DNA from: a bacterium | Lineage (GTDB): Bacteria; Patescibacteriota; Microgenomatia; UBA10105; UBA927 | Length of the DNA: 64,000 nt | Assembly (NCBI GenBank): GCA_021817785.1 | Contig: JAKAFY010000004.1 | Location: forward strand, 6,826 to 70,825 | Reading direction: 5' to 3' | In this document: positions 55,706 through 64,000 of the stretch, in pieces | Layout of the letters: each line of letters starts with the position of its first letter | Position numbering within the stretch: the stretch's first letter is position 1 | Position numbers and translations under genes: made by a program | Notes under the pieces: generated by a model | The model's input: the letters and a program-made list of their open reading frames with translations, nothing else | Told to the model about the DNA's origin: nothing | The model's database searches: none

Positions 55706-56086
55706 CTACTTTTTCTTCGGAAGATTCGTAAATTTCTGTCGGATGTTTTTGGTCGTCTCCACGCCCTTATGCTGGATCGCCTCGATGTGGGCCAATGCCG
55801 TATCTATTTTTTCGACGGTCGCATCGGTCATTTCATCCCGTTTATCTTCCAGGGTGTCCATCACCCGTGCTTTCATCGCTTCACCTTTTTTCACTAACTC
55901 TTTCCCGCTTTGCTCAAGTTCTTCCAGTTTCTCATCCAGATCATCCAGGACATCTTTTCCTTTGTGCTCCAGAAGTTTTTCCATCTTCTTGCCTTCTTTG
56001 GTTCCCAGGAAAAATACGATGAGTGCCCCAATGAGTCCCCCGAGGAAAAATCCGAACATAAATTTACCTTCATGATGTTCACTCAT
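55706..56086 (-). CDS. YtxH-domain protein
   Basis: GFFLGGLIGALIVFFLGTKEGKK followed by charged coiled-coil segments. Confidence 0.65.
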   Translation of the reverse strand: MSEHHEGKFMFGFFLGGLIGALIVFFLGTKEGKKMEKLLEHKGKDVLDDLDEKLEELEQSGKELVKKGEAMKARVMDTLEDKRDEMTDATVEKIDTALAHIEAIQHKGVETTKNIRQKFTNLPKKK

Positions 56087-56168
56087 AGTTTTCCTTTCTT
56101 AGAAACTGGTCCGATTCATATCGGCTTCCTGTTTCTTAGATCCTCCGTAGCGTTATGCGAAGGAAAGC

Positions 56169-56435
56169 TTATTCGTATTCTTCGTCTTTCTCTTTTTTTC
56201 GAAATACCTTAAATACGGAAAGCGCCGCGCGTATACCGCTTGCCACTCCCGCCATGCCGCTTACCGAATCTCCGACGGTCAGCGTCACCTTTTTGGCGTC
56301 ATCGAGCATGCTGTTCATTTTGACGAGAGACGTGCGGATTTCTTTGAAGATATACCATACCTGAACTCCCAAAACGACGAGAAGCAATGTGAGGATAAAA
56401 CTGATGATGATGATTGTTAACTGTACAGGATCCAT
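56169..56435 (-). CDS. DUF948-family membrane protein
   Basis: N-terminal TM then a short charged domain. 88 aa. Confidence 0.5.
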   Translation of the reverse strand: MDPVQLTIIIISFILTLLLVVLGVQVWYIFKEIRTSLVKMNSMLDDAKKVTLTVGDSVSGMAGVASGIRAALSVFKVFRKKEKDEEYE

Positions 56436-56474
56436 AGGCAGGTCTATTTAGTATTACCGAAAATACGCTCCGCG

Positions 56475-57113
56475 TCAAGGTTGGTATCCGACTTCCCTGG
56501 TTATCGTGGTCACTTTTCCGAATCTGCTGGTTGCGGTGATGACTATTTTATTGACCCCCGGGTCTATAGCCACTTGGTCATAAAACCGCCCGTCATCCCG
56601 CACGACGGTAGAAACTCCGTTGATCATCACCGTCGCATCCGAGTCCGTTTTTCCCTCTACCACGACATGCTGTTCGGATACGATTGCCTGGTTTACCGGA
56701 GCCGAAACCGAAAGCGGCGGCGACTGGCCGATGCGCACGTATTGGCTGCCAAGATACACGAAAAATACGACCAGAAGCAGCGTCACGAGAAATCCGATGA
56801 ACCGGCCCGGTGTAAGCTTCACAAACGGTGCGTTCAGCGGATCAGACACTCCTTTGGGAAGCAGTGTCGCTTTGGGCGCTTCGGTCATCTGCCGTCGGAA
56901 AAAAGCCATCACGGAGTCTGTCGGTAAGCCTAAATATTCCGCATAGTTGCGCACAAATCCTTTGGCATACGATGGCGACGGCAAATCCCGGAAATTATCC
57001 GCTTCTATGGCCAGGATAAATTTTTCGCGGATTTTTATCGCGTGCTCTATGTCCTGCGGGGTCAATCCTTTCGCAAGACGCTTTTCCTTCAACATGATGC
57101 CGACGGTTTTCAT
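56475..57113 (-). CDS. rodZ: RodZ-like protein (XRE HTH, TM, DUF4115-like C-terminal domain)
   Basis: LKEKRLAKGLTPQDIEHAIKIREKFILAIEADNFRDLPSPSYAKGFVRNYAEYLGL is the RodZ N-terminal HTH. A single TM follows. Confidence 0.7.
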   Translation of the reverse strand: MKTVGIMLKEKRLAKGLTPQDIEHAIKIREKFILAIEADNFRDLPSPSYAKGFVRNYAEYLGLPTDSVMAFFRRQMTEAPKATLLPKGVSDPLNAPFVKLTPGRFIGFLVTLLLVVFFVYLGSQYVRIGQSPPLSVSAPVNQAIVSEQHVVVEGKTDSDATVMINGVSTVVRDDGRFYDQVAIDPGVNKIVITATSRFGKVTTITREVGYQP

Positions 57114-57191
57114 AAATAGTAGAAGCTTGGTATGCTTAGCAGCTTAGGAGCTTAGATGATCAATGTTTCTAAACTTCTATGAACTAAACTT

Positions 57192-59372
57192 CTATGTTTC
57201 TTGCGAAGCTTGTTGCTGTGCCAAAAATTCGTTGGGGTCTTTGATCAACACATCCCGCGGCTTGCTTCCTTCGCCGGCGCCGATTACTCCCGCCATTTCC
57301 AATTGATCCAATATACGCGCCGCCCGTGCGTATCCCACCGACAATCTGCGCTGGAGTAGTGATGCAGACGCTTTGTCATACTGGCAAACCAGGCGCAGCG
57401 CATCTTCAAACAGCTGGTCATGCCCGTCTCCGCCGCTGCCTCCCGCACTTCCTTTCTTCATTGCGGATGCCGGCTGGTTTAACACTTCATCCCGGTATTC
57501 CACCTGTACGGGATTATTTTTGAAAAACTCGACGATTTTGTTTACTTCTTTCTCGGACACGAACGTTCCCTGTATGCGCATCGGTTTTGCCTGATCCGGC
57601 GGGACATAGAGCATGTCTCCGCGTCCGAGCAGGCGCTCGGCCCCCGGCAGATCGATGATGACACGGGAATCCATCATGGATGACACGTTGAATGCGATGC
57701 GCGCCGGAATATTGGCTTTAATCAGTCCGGTGATGACGTCCACGCTCGGCCGCTGGGTAGCGACAACCAAGTGGATGCCCGTGGCACGCGCCATTTGCGC
57801 GATCCGGCAGATCGTGTCTTCTACTTCTACCGGCGCATAACTCATAAGGTCCGCAAGCTCATCGATAAAGATAACGATATACGGCAGCGCCTGGAATCCG
57901 GACAACTCGTTAAAGCTGTCGATATTCCGTACCCCCACTTCGGCAAATTGTTTATACCGGCGTTCCATTTCGGCAGTTGCCCACCGCAGCGCGGACAATA
58001 TTTTATCCGACTCGACAATCACCGGAGTCAGCAGATGGGGGATGCCGTTATACCCCACGAGTTCTACCCGTTTGGGGTCGACGAGAATAAGCTTTACTTC
58101 CGCAGGGGTTGTCCGGTACAGGATGCTGCATATCCAGGAATTTAAAAGGACCGATTTTCCGGAACCCGTGGTGCCGGCCACCAGTACGTGCGGCATTTTG
58201 CCGATATCGGCTATCAATGGGTTACCGGATACATCCAATCCCAATGCTACCGCAAGTTTGCTTTTGGCTTTCCGCATGACATCCGAGGTAATCATTTTTT
58301 TAAGCGTCACAAATTCAAGTCCGCGGTTGGGGATTTCTATACTCACCAAATCCCGCCCGGGAATAGGCGCTTCGAGCCGCACCTGGCCGGTTGGCGCGGC
58401 TAGTGCCAGCGCCAAATCGCTTGCCAGCGACGTAATCTTGGATACTTTGGTGCCCAGCGCTATCTTCATGGCATATTGGGTGACGGCAGGCCCGGGATTT
58501 ACTTCCACAACCTGCGCCTGTATACCGAAGCTATCCAGCGTTTTTTCTATCGTATCCGCGTTTTTCCGCACGTCGCCCCGGTCCGCCTTGTCTCCCGGCC
58601 CGTCGGACAACAGACTCACATCCGGATATTCCCATAATTTCATGTCCTGTGGCTGTGCAAGCGGTGTGTTTATTTTCAGTTCCCGCTGTTCACCTGGCTT
58701 TTCTTTGACGACGGGCGCTGCCGATTTTGCCGGTACCGGCGGGGGAGTCATGGGAGATTTGATCAGCGGTTCGCGGTCTTCTGTCGTCCGGATTTTTAAC
58801 ACGTCTTTCCGCGGGAACAGCCCGTTGGATTTTCCCGCCGCCGACCGGTTCCCAAGGGACGCCACCCAGTCAAAAATTGTTTGCAGTCCGCTCAACAGGA
58901 AATTCATAAACGTATCAAGCGACGTGTTAAACAGGATGATCAGGCCGATAAGCAGTACTCCCAAAAACAACAGCGTCGCCCCTTCGGGTGCGATCGCGTT
59001 TGAAACAATCATCCATAACGAGTTCCCTATGTCTCCCGCCTGGGTAAGGCCCATCAGGCCAAACAACATGATCCCGATGCCCAGCGGGACATTCTGGTTT
59101 CCCAAATCGGACTTCACTTTAAAAAACAGCGTGCTTGCGGAAATCAGAAATATCGGAAGCAGAAACATGATCCAGCCGAAATGGTTGGTGAGTGCGGAGC
59201 GCAGTGACGACAGCATCTGGCCTTCCCCGAAAAACGAAAGGCATATGGCTGCGGCAAACAGCCAGAACCATATCGCGGCTACGGTATAAATGGTTTGTTT
59301 CTTGAGCTTCAGCCCCAGGCCTCGCCGTTTATGGTATTTCCGTTTAGACTTTGATTTAAATTTAAAGGCCAT
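57192..59372 (-). CDS. ftsK: DNA translocase FtsK/SpoIIIE
   Basis: N-terminal TM helices. Walker A GTTGSGKSV. FtsK gamma-like C-terminus. Confidence 0.9.
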   Translation of the reverse strand: MAFKFKSKSKRKYHKRRGLGLKLKKQTIYTVAAIWFWLFAAAICLSFFGEGQMLSSLRSALTNHFGWIMFLLPIFLISASTLFFKVKSDLGNQNVPLGIGIMLFGLMGLTQAGDIGNSLWMIVSNAIAPEGATLLFLGVLLIGLIILFNTSLDTFMNFLLSGLQTIFDWVASLGNRSAAGKSNGLFPRKDVLKIRTTEDREPLIKSPMTPPPVPAKSAAPVVKEKPGEQRELKINTPLAQPQDMKLWEYPDVSLLSDGPGDKADRGDVRKNADTIEKTLDSFGIQAQVVEVNPGPAVTQYAMKIALGTKVSKITSLASDLALALAAPTGQVRLEAPIPGRDLVSIEIPNRGLEFVTLKKMITSDVMRKAKSKLAVALGLDVSGNPLIADIGKMPHVLVAGTTGSGKSVLLNSWICSILYRTTPAEVKLILVDPKRVELVGYNGIPHLLTPVIVESDKILSALRWATAEMERRYKQFAEVGVRNIDSFNELSGFQALPYIVIFIDELADLMSYAPVEVEDTICRIAQMARATGIHLVVATQRPSVDVITGLIKANIPARIAFNVSSMMDSRVIIDLPGAERLLGRGDMLYVPPDQAKPMRIQGTFVSEKEVNKIVEFFKNNPVQVEYRDEVLNQPASAMKKGSAGGSGGDGHDQLFEDALRLVCQYDKASASLLQRRLSVGYARAARILDQLEMAGVIGAGEGSKPRDVLIKDPNEFLAQQQASQET

Positions 59373-59670
59373 ATCCGATTGTATATGTACACGATATCGT
59401 TTGTATCATGCGACCGTGCGTTTCTGTATGCCACGCATCACATATCTATTGTAGATATGTATCCGTCCCGTCGCCTCACTGGTCCGCGGCGCATCTGTTA
59501 CCCGGTTGTGGCGATATAAGTATACGGAACGTCGGCATGCTATTTCAATGAACGGCATTCCCCGCTCCCCTAACTATCCTATAGTAATATAGGTATATTT
59601 GTCAAGTGTGCCGGCCCATGTGTCAAATCCGCCACGACAGCCCGGCGCTCCTTAGCATGCTCGATACACG

Positions 59671-61476
59671 CTACGCTTCCAGAATCACGGGAACGATAAG
59701 CGGACTTCTCCCCGTCTCCTTGAGGAGAAACGCACCGAGGGATTCTTCGATCCGTGTACGCATGACCTGCCAGTCCCGTATTCTCCCCTGCTTTACCCGA
59801 AGCACGTGGGAAATAACCTCTCCTGCGTGTGTCAACAGTCTTCCGGACTCTTTGACGTATACAAATCCTCGGGTAATGATTTCCGGAGCACGTACCAATT
59901 GTCCGGTCCGCTTGGATACCGGAACGACGACCACAACGATCCCCTCGCGCGCGATCGTCTGGCGGTCTTTCAAAACGGCATCTCCCACATCCCCGACGCC
60001 CAGCCCGTCTATCATGATGTCATCCAACACGAGCCGGTCTGCGACCCGCGGCGCCACTCCTTTTTGGAATTCCAGCACCTCCCCGTCATCCGGGATAAGT
60101 ACCGCCCGTTTATCGTACCCCAGCTCCATGGCCAGCCGGCGGTACTGCATAAGGTGCTTGAACGTCCCTCCGATCGGCATCACATATTTGGGTCCGACGG
60201 CGGACAACAGTAGCATCATGTCCCCGCTGCTTCCGTGCCCGGAAACATGGAGATCCGCCATGATGTCGCTATACGACACGCGCGCCCCGTGGCGGTAGAT
60301 GCTGTCGATGAGGTTATCGACATCATGTTCCCGTCCCGGGATAGGATCGGCGGATATGATCACCGTATCGCTGTCCGTAAGCTTTACGAACTGGTGATTA
60401 TCGTTTGCGATCCGATAAAGGTTCGACGTCGTCTGCCCCTGGGCGCCTGCCACTACAAGAAACTGTTTGCTCGGCGGCATGCGCTTTAAGTCCCGGTCCC
60501 GTATGATGACGTCGCGCGGAAATTTCATGTACCCCAGCTTTACCGACTCCTCGACGTTTTTGTCGATGCTTCGCCCCAAAAATGCTATTTTCCGCCCGTG
60601 TTTCATGGCCAGCTCTATGGCAAGCTGTATGCGCGAGATATTGCTCGACTGGGTGGTAAACAACACTTTGCCGGAGCACAGTTTCAGCTCTTTTTCGATC
60701 GTCTCGCCGATGATCTGCTCGGACGGCGTAAATCCCTGCCGTTCGCTCCCCAGACTGTCGGAAAGCATGCACAGCACGCCCTTTTTTCCGATGGCGTTTA
60801 TTTTATGGATCTCTGACGGCTTGTTATCGAGCGGCGTCGGATCAAATTTAAAGTCACTCCCGTGATAAAAAATGCCGACCGGCGTTTCGATTACGATATG
60901 CGACGTATCCGGTACCGAATGGGTGAGCCGTATAAACGACAGATGAAACGGCCCCAGATCCAGATGGTCATGGAAATCCAACGGCGTTACCCGTTCACGG
61001 ATCGCCGTTTCCTTAAGTTTTAAATTCGCAAAACTTGCGGCGAGTTTCGGCGCCCACATGGGGATAGAAATAGGATGCCCCTGTTTGCCGCCATTTCGGT
61101 CCGATCCCGGCGGACGGGTGAGTTTGGGATAGATATACGGCAAACCGCCGATATGATCATCGTGTCCGTGGGTAAACACCATACCCCGGATTTTGTCCCG
61201 TTTGTCCATAAGGTACCGCACGTCCGGTATCACCAGATCTATGCCGAACATTTCGTCATCGGGAAACCCGATGCCGCAGTCGATGATGAGGATATCCGAT
61301 AATTTCCCGTCATACCGGTACTCATACAGGTACATGTTTTTCGTGACGTTGCCGGCTCCTCCCAGGGGGACGATGCGGATGGAATCTTTGCCCGAATGAT
61401 GTTGTGTGCTACTGCCGTAAGTCACATGTGCTCGGGTGGGCAATGTGGCTGGCTTTGATATAAAAAATCGTTTCAT
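59671..61476 (-). CDS. rnj: Ribonuclease J (beta-CASP MBL)
   Basis: IVPLGGAGNVTKNMYLYEY. HxHxDH motif FTHGHDDHIGGLP. Beta-CASP and C-terminal domains. Confidence 0.9.
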   Translation of the reverse strand: MKRFFISKPATLPTRAHVTYGSSTQHHSGKDSIRIVPLGGAGNVTKNMYLYEYRYDGKLSDILIIDCGIGFPDDEMFGIDLVIPDVRYLMDKRDKIRGMVFTHGHDDHIGGLPYIYPKLTRPPGSDRNGGKQGHPISIPMWAPKLAASFANLKLKETAIRERVTPLDFHDHLDLGPFHLSFIRLTHSVPDTSHIVIETPVGIFYHGSDFKFDPTPLDNKPSEIHKINAIGKKGVLCMLSDSLGSERQGFTPSEQIIGETIEKELKLCSGKVLFTTQSSNISRIQLAIELAMKHGRKIAFLGRSIDKNVEESVKLGYMKFPRDVIIRDRDLKRMPPSKQFLVVAGAQGQTTSNLYRIANDNHQFVKLTDSDTVIISADPIPGREHDVDNLIDSIYRHGARVSYSDIMADLHVSGHGSSGDMMLLLSAVGPKYVMPIGGTFKHLMQYRRLAMELGYDKRAVLIPDDGEVLEFQKGVAPRVADRLVLDDIMIDGLGVGDVGDAVLKDRQTIAREGIVVVVVPVSKRTGQLVRAPEIITRGFVYVKESGRLLTHAGEVISHVLRVKQGRIRDWQVMRTRIEESLGAFLLKETGRSPLIVPVILEA

Positions 61477-61481
61477 TTCTT

Positions 61482-62597
61482 CTAATACGCTTCGATGAAT
61501 TCCTTGATAGTGTTTTCATCTATGCGAAATGTATTTCCTTTCCCTTCGATAATACGAAGTGCTACTTTTCTACAAACACTATTGAGCGTTCGCTCAATGC
61601 TCCGTATGCCGCCGTCGTATCCCAATGGGCGTACCAGTTTGGGCCATATGGCGTCATCGACGGTCAGATTTGCTTCCGTCAGGCCGGATTCGTGTAATAA
61701 TTCCGGCAATACATACTCCTTTGCTATTTTTATTTTCTCCTCGTCGGTATAGGAGGGCATTTGGATGGGCTCCAACCGGTCCAATACAGCGGTTGCTATA
61801 TTGGTCGTGTTGTTGCTCGTCGCAATAAACAATACGTCCGACAGATCAAACGGATAGTCGAGGTAATGATCGACAAATGCCGAATTTTGCTCGGGATCCA
61901 GAAGTTCGACCAATACTCCCATGATGTCTCCCCGTGCGTGTTCCGATACGCGGTCGATTTCATCAAGCAATACGACGGGATTTTTCGTTCCGGCATACCG
62001 CAAGCCTTTTAAAATCAGTCCGATTTCCGCATCCGGCCGCACCCGGGATTGACCTCTGAGTTCCAACGCATCGGACATCCCTCCGAACGCGATACGGACA
62101 AACCGCCTGCCCATGACTTCGGCAATAGATTTAGCCAGTGTCGTTTTTCCGGTACCCACCAGGCCTACCAGACACAGGATCGGCGCCCGCCGGGCGAGGA
62201 TAGCGTGGGTTAGCGTCGCCTCGGTAGTCTTTGCCTCTTTTTCCCACCGGTCCTGATTTAATTTCAACACCGCCAGATATTCGAGTATTCGTTCCTTCAC
62301 GGGTTGCAGGCCGTAATGATGTTCTTCAAATATTTTCCGGGCGTTGGTAAGATCCAGATGGTCGCTGCTCCGCTCATTCCAGGGGAGATTGATCACCCAG
62401 TCGATATAGCGCATCATCTGCTCTATGTGCACGCGTGCGGCGATATCCATCTCCAACCGTTCGATTTCTTCCAGGTTTGCCATGACTCTGGTTTCCAGAT
62501 CAGGAGGCACATGGACTTCAGTCAATTTTTTCCGGAGAATACCTACCTCATCCAATAACTTTGACATACTATCATCATAACAAATTCTACCGTGCAA
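61482..62597 (-). CDS. Lon-like AAA+ ATPase: Lon N-terminal helical region plus ATPase module, no protease domain in this ORF
   Basis: DHYGLQPVKERILEYLAV and Walker A CLVGLVGTGKTTLAKSIA as in Lon. Ends ...IKEFIEAY with no S16 protease domain. The next gene (rnj) starts 6 nt later. Confidence 0.7.
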   Translation of the reverse strand: MHGRICYDDSMSKLLDEVGILRKKLTEVHVPPDLETRVMANLEEIERLEMDIAARVHIEQMMRYIDWVINLPWNERSSDHLDLTNARKIFEEHHYGLQPVKERILEYLAVLKLNQDRWEKEAKTTEATLTHAILARRAPILCLVGLVGTGKTTLAKSIAEVMGRRFVRIAFGGMSDALELRGQSRVRPDAEIGLILKGLRYAGTKNPVVLLDEIDRVSEHARGDIMGVLVELLDPEQNSAFVDHYLDYPFDLSDVLFIATSNNTTNIATAVLDRLEPIQMPSYTDEEKIKIAKEYVLPELLHESGLTEANLTVDDAIWPKLVRPLGYDGGIRSIERTLNSVCRKVALRIIEGKGNTFRIDENTIKEFIEAY

Positions 62598-62751
62598 TAC
62601 TTAAAAAGAAAGCTGTGCGACGAAGCAAACGATATTTCTGAGTCTCCCGATTCCAACTCAATACATTCTACGCAAAAAAGGTAGCCATCATTTCACGAGG
62701 AAATCACGAGAGCTTTCCAATGGTTCGACTCCGTGCACGACTCTGTGCGGT

Positions 62752-64000
62752 TTAAAACCGTCGGCGTCCTCCGCCGAAGCCGCCACGACCTCCGCCATGA
62801 CCGCCACGGTCTCCGCCGCGGGATCGGGATTCGGCCGGCTTGGCCTTGGCATCTTCCCCAAATAACATGGAGAGGTTTATGCGGTGCATATCGTCTATTT
62901 CCATCACGCGGACTTTCACTTTCTGCCCGAGCGTGACGATCTTGTTCGGATCATCGACAAATCCGGTCGACATCTGTGACACGTGCACCATGCCTTCTTT
63001 GCCCGGCAGGATTTCGACGAATGCGCCAAACGGCAATATGCGTTTGACTTCGCCTTCAAATTCTTCTCCCGGTTCGACGTCGTGGGTCAGTCCTTCTACC
63101 CATTCGATCGCTTTTTGCACGCCTTCCGCATCCGTGCCGGATATAAATACCGATCCGTCATCGTTGACGTCCACTGTCGCCCCCGTGGTGGCGATGATGT
63201 TGCGGATGATCTTTCCTCCCGGACCGATCACTTCGCCTATGCGTTCCGTCGGGATCTTGATGACTTTCACCTTCGGTGCATACTGGGACACGGTCGTTCG
63301 GGGCGCCGCGATGACTTTCGACATTTTGTCCAAAATCATCATGCGTGCCACTCTCGCCCGCTCCAGCGTTTCCTCACAGATCGCATCACTCAGCCCGCTG
63401 ATTTTTATATCCAGCTGGATGGCGGTAATGCCGTTTTTGGTTCCTGCGACTTTAAAGTCCATGTCACCGGAGAAATCTTCGATGCCCATGATATCGGTAA
63501 GCAACACATATTTGTCGCTCTTGTGATAGATATCGGTCATAAGCCCCACCGAGATACCGGCTACCGGCTCTTTGATCGGGACTCCGGCATCCATAAGCGC
63601 CAGCGTACTGCCGCAGGTCGATGCCATGGAGGTCGAACCGTTACTGGACATGATTTCGGATACCAGTCGGATGGTGTACGGAAATACGTCTTCCGCAGGA
63701 ATTACGGCAAGCAGTGCCCGTTCGGCCAGTGCTCCGTGACCGATTTCCCGTCGGCTTGGTGTTCCCACACGGCCGGTTTCCCCTACGGAATACGGCGGCA
63801 TACTGTAGTGGTGGATATACCGCTTGGATTCTTCTCCTGTCGGGCTTTCGATGAGCTGTTCCAGACTGGGTGTTCCGAGTGTTGCCACGGTGAGCGCCTG
63901 TGTCTGTCCGCGCTTGAACATCGCGCTTCCATGGGTTCTCGAAAGTATGCCGACTTCGATGTCTATCGGGCGTACTTCATCGATTTTTCGTCCGTCAAAA
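62752..64000 (-). CDS. pnp: Polynucleotide phosphorylase, C-terminal about 415 aa (second RNase PH domain, KH, S1, Gly/Arg tail); the N-terminus lies beyond the window end
   Basis: The frame is open to 64000 (...FDGRKIDEVRPIDIEVGILSRTHGSAMFKRGQTQ). KH (IPTERIGEVIGPGGKIIRNI) and S1 (GEVKRILPFGAFVEILPGKEGMVHVS) motifs. RGG-rich tail. Confidence 0.9.
   Translation of the reverse strand, partial: FDGRKIDEVRPIDIEVGILSRTHGSAMFKRGQTQALTVATLGTPSLEQLIESPTGEESKRYIHHYSMPPYSVGETGRVGTPSRREIGHGALAERALLAVIPAEDVFPYTIRLVSEIMSSNGSTSMASTCGSTLALMDAGVPIKEPVAGISVGLMTDIYHKSDKYVLLTDIMGIEDFSGDMDFKVAGTKNGITAIQLDIKISGLSDAICEETLERARVARMMILDKMSKVIAAPRTTVSQYAPKVKVIKIPTERIGEVIGPGGKIIRNIIATTGATVDVNDDGSVFISGTDAEGVQKAIEWVEGLTHDVEPGEEFEGEVKRILPFGAFVEILPGKEGMVHVSQMSTGFVDDPNKIVTLGQKVKVRVMEIDDMHRINLSMLFGEDAKAKPAESRSRGGDRGGHGGGRGGFGGGRRRF

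Noticed and set aside
58042-59289. 415-aa plus-strand ORF
   Set aside because: It is antisense to ftsK. It is a Ser/Pro-rich shadow frame.
59373-59670. 298-bp intergenic region upstream of ftsK inspected for an ncRNA or riboswitch
   Set aside because: There are partial GC inverted repeats and a weak TTGACA-like element. No convincing terminator or conserved structure could be established by eye, so it is left unannotated.
62705-62740. tRNA-like T-loop sequence GGTTCGACTCC in the pnp - lon-like intergenic region
   Set aside because: No complementary acceptor stem, D-arm or anticodon arm could be found about 70 nt upstream. It is an isolated motif.

Overview
This is a 64 kb bacterial chromosomal segment of about 50% GC with several clearly lower-GC patches. 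Genes are densely packed on both strands. Possibly a Gram-positive-like or CPR/Patescibacteria-type lineage (unverifiable). Housekeeping genes anchor the window. rpoB is the truncated N-terminal part at 1-1680 on the minus strand (absent from the ORF track; I translated it myself). hflX, bcp, a beta-CASP MBL RNase, alaS lacking a C-Ala domain, mltG, a thymidine/AMP-phosphorylase-family gene, an aminotransferase, rodZ-like, ftsK, rnj, a Lon-like AAA+ ATPase without a protease domain, and pnp (truncated, runs past 64000) are also present. An accessory belt of about 10 kb (about 15.2-24.9 kb) sits between them. It holds a secreted HNH-like nuclease, a RhuM-Doc fusion, a thermonuclease and a NYN protein. 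It also holds a receiver-only protein bracketed by two copies of a GC palindrome. A tightly coupled radC-mazG-like-DUF2075 operon follows and is a candidate uncharacterised defence module. A REP-associated tyrosine transposase (RAYT) flanked on both sides by duplicated REP doublets closes the belt. Other notable features follow. Two orphan promoter-plus-terminator units of about 60 nt are candidate sRNAs. A roughly 350 bp degenerate AT-rich tandem-repeat array lies next to a TrpR-like (YerC/YecD) gene that is hugged at both ends by a 26-34 bp palindrome. A protein made of three tandem zinc ribbons is present. Three paralogous Pro/Thr-linker surface proteins occur, one with a PKD domain. There are five EamA/DMT transporter paralogues. 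A lone Cas4-like nuclease occurs with no CRISPR array. A low-GC mini-island carries an Asp/Glu racemase and a nucleotidyltransferase preceded by an unannotated 44-aa ORF. A degraded YvcK/CofD fragment is present. No rRNA, tRNA or genuine CRISPR array was detected by eye. All functional calls come from motif recognition in the translations, not from database searches.
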